Assembly: GCF_009914755.1 (NCBI RefSeq)
Contig: NC_060944.1
DNA: 64,000 nucleotides
Source: the human T2T-CHM13v2.0 reference genome, Homo sapiens
Strand: one strand, 5' to 3'
Shown here: positions 49,865 to 64,000 of the stretch, piece by piece
Numbering within the stretch: position 1 is the first letter of the stretch
Layout: every line of letters begins with the position of its first letter
Translations under genes and position numbers: made by a program
Notes under the pieces: model-generated
What the model was told of the DNA's origin: nothing
Database searches by the model: none
The model's input: the letters and a program-made list of their open reading frames with translations, nothing else

Positions 49865-50004
49865 TTAGGTTGAATTACACAGAAGTTTGTCACTGATCTG
49901 TGTTCTCGAACTAAGAAATATGAAGATGGAGGCTAAGAAATCATTTCTCTTAATATTATAAATAAGCAATTAACAAATACCTTGGGAAAAATAAGAATAC
50001 AATA

Positions 50005-50439
50005 GAAGTGAGGAGTGTGACTTTCAAGATTACATTCTAAAAGATGGATTTCCCTCGTCTGTGCACTCTCTCTGGAACGCACAGCTCCCACACAGTACAC
50101 TGCCCTATGGAGAGGCCCACAAGGCAAGGAACCGAGGGCAGCCTTGGGCCAACAGCCAACCAGCAAGTGAGGCCTCAGTCCAACAATGCATCAACGAGCT
50201 GAATCTTGCAACAATGATGTGGGTGAGACTAGAAGTAAATGCTTCCCCAGTTGATCCTTGAGATGACCACAGCCTCAGCCACCAGTTTGATGGCAGACTT
50301 GGAAGACCCTGAAGCAGAGAATCCAGCCAAGTTACGCTGGGATTTGTGATCCACAGAAGTTATGAGACAATGAATGTTTGTTGCTGTAAGCCAGTAAGTT
50401 TTGGGGTAATTTGTTACCTAGCAATAGATAACCAATACT
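50005..50439 (+). mobile_element. MLT1 (E/F-like) LTR
   Basis: GGAGAGGCCCACAAGGCAAGGAAC...TTGCTGTAAGCCAGTAAGTTTTGGGGTAATTTGTTACCTAGCAATAGATAACCAATAC. Confidence 0.75.
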
Positions 50440-50531
50440 TCTTTAACATGATAAAAACATCTATCTCAGGCCAGGCGCGGTGGCTTATACCTGTAATCCT
50501 AGCACTCTGGGAGGCTGAGGTGGGCGAATCA

Positions 50532-50779
<248 letters not shown>

Positions 50780-51026
50780 CTAAGATCCAACATCCAGCTT
50801 GCCCTGAGGTATTCACACTGAACACATTCAGCTGCAGAGGTCACCCAGTGAACCAGGGCTGCTCACCTCAGGAGAGAGCAGCATCACCGGCCCTAGAAAT
50901 CACTGGCAATGCCCCAGGGAAGAGGCAGGAAGCCAGGATCCTTAAATCTCATACTCAAGAATGTTGCAGGCCAGGCACAGTGGCTTGCAGATCCCAGCAC
51001 TTTAGGAAGCCGAGGCAGGTGGATCA

Positions 51027-51323
<297 letters not shown>

Positions 51324-51382
51324 TCACAAGGTCAGGAGATTGAGACCATCCTAGCTAACAAGGTGAAACCCCGTCTTTACTA

Positions 51383-51571
<189 letters not shown>

Positions 51572-52280
51572 TTACCTGGTGGATCCTGCCAAATGCAATA
51601 AAGAAGAAAAACAGAAAAAAACACAAAGAGAATATTGCAATTTGTCCACACATTTACTGAGTGCACCCTCTTCAGTGTGGCTTTTCTCTTCAGTAACCCT
51701 CTCCTGAAAGGAAGGCCCACAGACCTAGTCCTTTTTCCTTTTCTGTGTCCTCATGCCACATGGTGAGGGGGGCGCACAGAGAACCTCCATGCAATATATC
51801 CTTGTACCTCTGTGACGGTTAGAAATAACACCCAGAGGAGCCCACTGTCACATGAGTAACACAAAGAAGGCACCAGAAGAGATTCTCTGCTTTGAGGGAC
51901 TGGTATCTTTCCTCCCAGCAGCTCTGACCAGAGGCTTCAAGCCCAGGAAAAAGTGTTGACCAGGCCAGGGCACATAAAGGGACCCCAAGGAAGGCAACAG
52001 TGCCCATGGGACCATCACCAACAGAGGAGCGAAACACGCAGACTGAAGCCTCGGAACAGATGAGAATAGACGAGAACACATGGAACCCCTCCAAGGCTCC
52101 AGGTTGTCCCTGGTCTGAAGACAAAGCTGAGGGGCCCCAGGATGGGAAACGGGAAGGAGGCAGCACAGGCACAGCCTCGGGAATGTAAGCTGGCCAAGCA
52201 CAAAGCAAAGGGCAGCAGAGCTGAGAGCTCCTGGGAAGGAGATGGATGAGCCTGGCTGCGGACACAGGATGCTGAATTAC

Positions 52281-53481
52281 CTGTCGAGCAGTCCATATGT
52301 GTCAGGCTGGGCTCATTGGTGGCTTTCATTTTCTTAGCAGTGTGCTCTGAGGTAGTGGGTAAGACCAAAGGGCTTGTGGCAGAAAAACAGGAAGCATTTA
52401 CACCAAAGTTACTGTCTGGGACATGTTCAGCCTGCTCTATCTTCCTTTTCTGAGAGGGCAGAACAATGGAAGAAGGGATCACTGCCAATGCCGTCTGTGC
52501 TCTCCCAAGCAGGTGGCAGCCAGGGATGGAGTGCTGGAGCAGGAAATGGTCAATCCGGGCCTTGAGGGAGGGGTGAGGCAGGGGCTGAGAGTGCGGAGTA
52601 AAAGCTACCCCCGTGAAAGGGTCACTGGGCACTCGGCCCCATGTGGCTTCACTGCGGTTACACTTCTCCAGTGTGCTCTGGTCGATGACCTTGCCTGAGG
52701 GCAGCAGCATGGGACAAGGCATGATCTCCAGGGTGATGGGATCCAGGAACTCCTCAGGCACATCCTGAATGATCTCGGCCAGCTTCTGCAGGCTGGAGGG
52801 AGCCTGCTGGCTCTCAGGCTGGTCCCCAGGGTCACAGTCACTTTCCATGGGCAAGGCTGGAGCCTGCAGAGCCACATCCTGAGGCAGGTTCTCTGAGGTG
52901 ACCAGCAGGATGCTGTCTATCACTTCCTGGGAGCAGGTCTTGGCCGGCTGACCCCACACTTCCAACCGCTTGATACAAGGGATACCGCCGCCTGTCACAT
53001 GGGTGATACAGATCCTTAAGTGGGCCACGTGGCTAAGGGAAAGAGCCCCTTTATTCCAGAGCTCCTGGGCCACAACAGCAGGGGAGGGGAGTGTGGCTTC
53101 CATCGCGCCAAAAGGGGGCCTGGCCTTGAAGCCCCTGTGGCTAAACACCACTTGGCTCTGGTTTTTCAGTAAGACTTTGCCTACCAAGGTGAACGCCTCC
53201 TTGTCTGGGACAGATGGCTCAGCTGGGCCCAGGGTCCGGCACTGGGGCGTATTCCAAGACACTCTGCTAGATGAGGCAGATGTGTACATTTCCAGGCCAG
53301 TGACGTTCTGACCTCCCCCAGCTGTGAGGTCTATGTTGATCCTACAGATTTCCACATTAAAGGGAAATGAAACTGTCACATAGACTGGTGGCTTAATGAA
53401 ATACTCTGTCCTGAAACCATGACTTCTCTTTGTGAGATCTTCAGAGATGAGATTTTCTACTTCGTAACCATCAGCTGATAT
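52281..53481 (-). CDS. UBOX5: UBOX5 large coding exon (contains the U-box)
   Basis: Acceptor AAATCTAG|ATA; 1201-nt open frame including VPEEFLDPITLEIMPCPMLLPSGKVIDQSTLEKC...SDPFTG...HPSLKARIDHFL; donor CAG|GTAATT. Confidence 0.97.
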
Positions 53482-54208
53482 CTAGATTTAATAAAAAACA
53501 CAAGATACAATGATCCAAATGAAGACAACTTGTCACTTGTAAGAAAACTCTTAAGCCTGAGGTTCCTCGTTTTAAAATTTCCTCTATTAAACTGAATTGT
53601 CCCAGATCAGGGCACCCAAGATCAGATCAAAGGCCAAGGGCAATTGTCCCAGATCGGGGCCCCCAAGTATTGCCCAACCTTAAAAATATGAGCAACTGAG
53701 CTGGGCATGTTGGTACACACCTGTAGTCCCAGCTACTCAGGAGGCTGAGGCAGGAGGATCCCATTAGCCCAGGAGTTAGATAGGCCTGGGCAACATAGCA
53801 AGACCCCATATCCCTTTTCCCTGCCAAAAAAAAAAGCAAGCAACAAAATCCTGCCCAATCCAACCAAAACTCCCTTCAAAACAGTATCTGGGGAGAGAAG
53901 TGCAGGGGAGAGAAAGTATTTCTACCTTTGCTATGACTTTGACGAGACTGGAGATTGATCATCAAAGAACAAAGAGCACAGTGAAGAGGACCCTGCACAA
54001 AATGAGTCACAGCTCACCTCACCATGGCGCTGTGTGATTCTAGAGGTGAGCCTGCCCCATGCTTACCTAAATACCATCTGATGGAATCTAAAGTAACAAG
54101 AGCAAAAGTGCAGTAAGCCTGAATCAAATCCACACACACAAGGCAGGAAATGATGAAACACATGACAAACATAGCATATATTTATGTGTATATATTTGTT
54201 TTGTTTAC

Positions 54209-54262
54209 CTTGTTGCAGTGAATTCTTGGTCTGAACTGTGGGAGGCAAAGATTTATTACCAT
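54209..54262 (-). CDS. UBOX5: UBOX5 first coding exon (whole exon 54209-54303, including 41 nt of 5'UTR)
   Basis: Acceptor TTTAAG|GCT at 54303; AAGATGG start; MVINLCLPQFRPRIHCNK; donor AAG|GTAAAC; phase 0 joins ISADGYEVEN of the next exon. Confidence 0.92.
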
Positions 54263-55112
54263 CTTTGTGGCTGAGAGGATATCTTCCAAGCATCAGAAGC
54301 AGCCTTAAATAAGAAATAAAACTATGTATTAGAAAATGTAAAATTCAATTCTAAACTTTCAGAAGTTGATTCTTAAGAGAATCAAACAGGATGGCAACAA
54401 AAACTTGAACACACACACTCTCACGGTCCACACTGACTTTCCTTATATCCTATACATGATGTTGGGGAAAAATTAGTCACTGAAAAATTATAGAGAAGAC
54501 TTCTATGGCAGGCTCAACAGGTTGGCAAAGACTGCCAGTTCTCTGGCCAACAGCTGTTCCAAAGACCCAATGGAGGCAAGGCCCATCAGCTGTGCTGGGG
54601 GTTGCCACAGGAAGGGAGTGGCAAAAGTATCTGAGCTCAGAGAAAGGACAGAGTGTTCGGAATGGAAAGGGTCATAAAAAATAATTATAGTGGTGGTAAG
54701 CATCCTTGTCATTTAATACTTGTCAATGCAATTATGTTTTCTTATTAAAATGAAAACAATGAGTCAAAAACATCATTATTGAGACATAGAAAATTTATTA
54801 GAGGCCAGGTGTGGTGGCTCATGCCTGTAATCCCAACAATTTGGGAGGCTGAGGTGGTAGGACTGCTTGAGCCCAGAAGTTCAAGACCAGCCTGGGAAAC
54901 ATAGCTGGTCTTGTTGTAGAGACCCCATCTCTACAACAAAACGTTGTAGGGATCTTGCTATGTCTGATATGCACCTGTAGTCACAACTATTTGGGAGGCT
55001 GAGGTGGATCACTTGAGCTCAGGAGTTCAAGGCTGCAGTGAGCTATGATCACACCACTGCATTCCAGCCTAGGTGACAGAGTGAGACCCTGTCTCAAAGG
55101 AAAAAAGAAAAG

Positions 55113-63870
<8,758 letters not shown>

Positions 63871-64000
63871 AATAATTAATAATAATAAAGAATGATTGGG
63901 GGAAAAAGTGATTGAAAACAACTCAGGACTGAAGATCAAGTTGAAATATGCAAATTGAAACGAATGAGTGTGTTGTCACAGGAGAATGGCAGATCTTTTT

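Noticed and set aside
52015-53379. 454-aa ORF as a standalone gene
   Set aside because: It is the UBOX5 large exon plus 88 codons of intron read-through. There is a canonical donor at 52281 and I saw no nearby intronic AATAAA.

Overview
Primate (human-type) genomic DNA. I recognise it as the chromosome 20p13 neurohypophysial hormone locus. It carries the complete three-exon OXT gene (+ strand, CDS 2553-3316, 125 aa) and the complete three-exon AVP gene (- strand, CDS 15573-13528, 164 aa), tail-to-tail about 10 kb apart. It also carries all four coding exons of the U-box/RING E3 ligase gene UBOX5 (- strand, 541 aa); its non-coding first exon lies beyond the right edge. The rest is very Alu-dense, with an old SVA in UBOX5 intron 1, a 7SL pseudogene, MER4A and MLT1 LTRs, L1/L2 fragments, DNA-transposon fossils and an orphan CpG island about 8 kb upstream of AVP. 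I see no new protein-coding gene or multi-gene system. The most notable details are: (1) a tailless retrocopy of an unspliced pre-tRNA-Arg(TCT) (5' exon plus intron, ending at the 3' splice site, with flanking direct repeats) in AVP intron 1; (2) in both OXT and AVP, the intron-2-retention/+1 frame stays open until the TAA inside the AATAAA signal; (3) a candidate 21-nt poison microexon in UBOX5; (4) a strong CTCF motif between OXT and AVP; (5) an Alu-right-arm/7SL chimera; (6) inverted Alus between two poly(A) signals of UBOX5. Repeat family names are from recalled consensus sequences and repeat boundaries are approximate.
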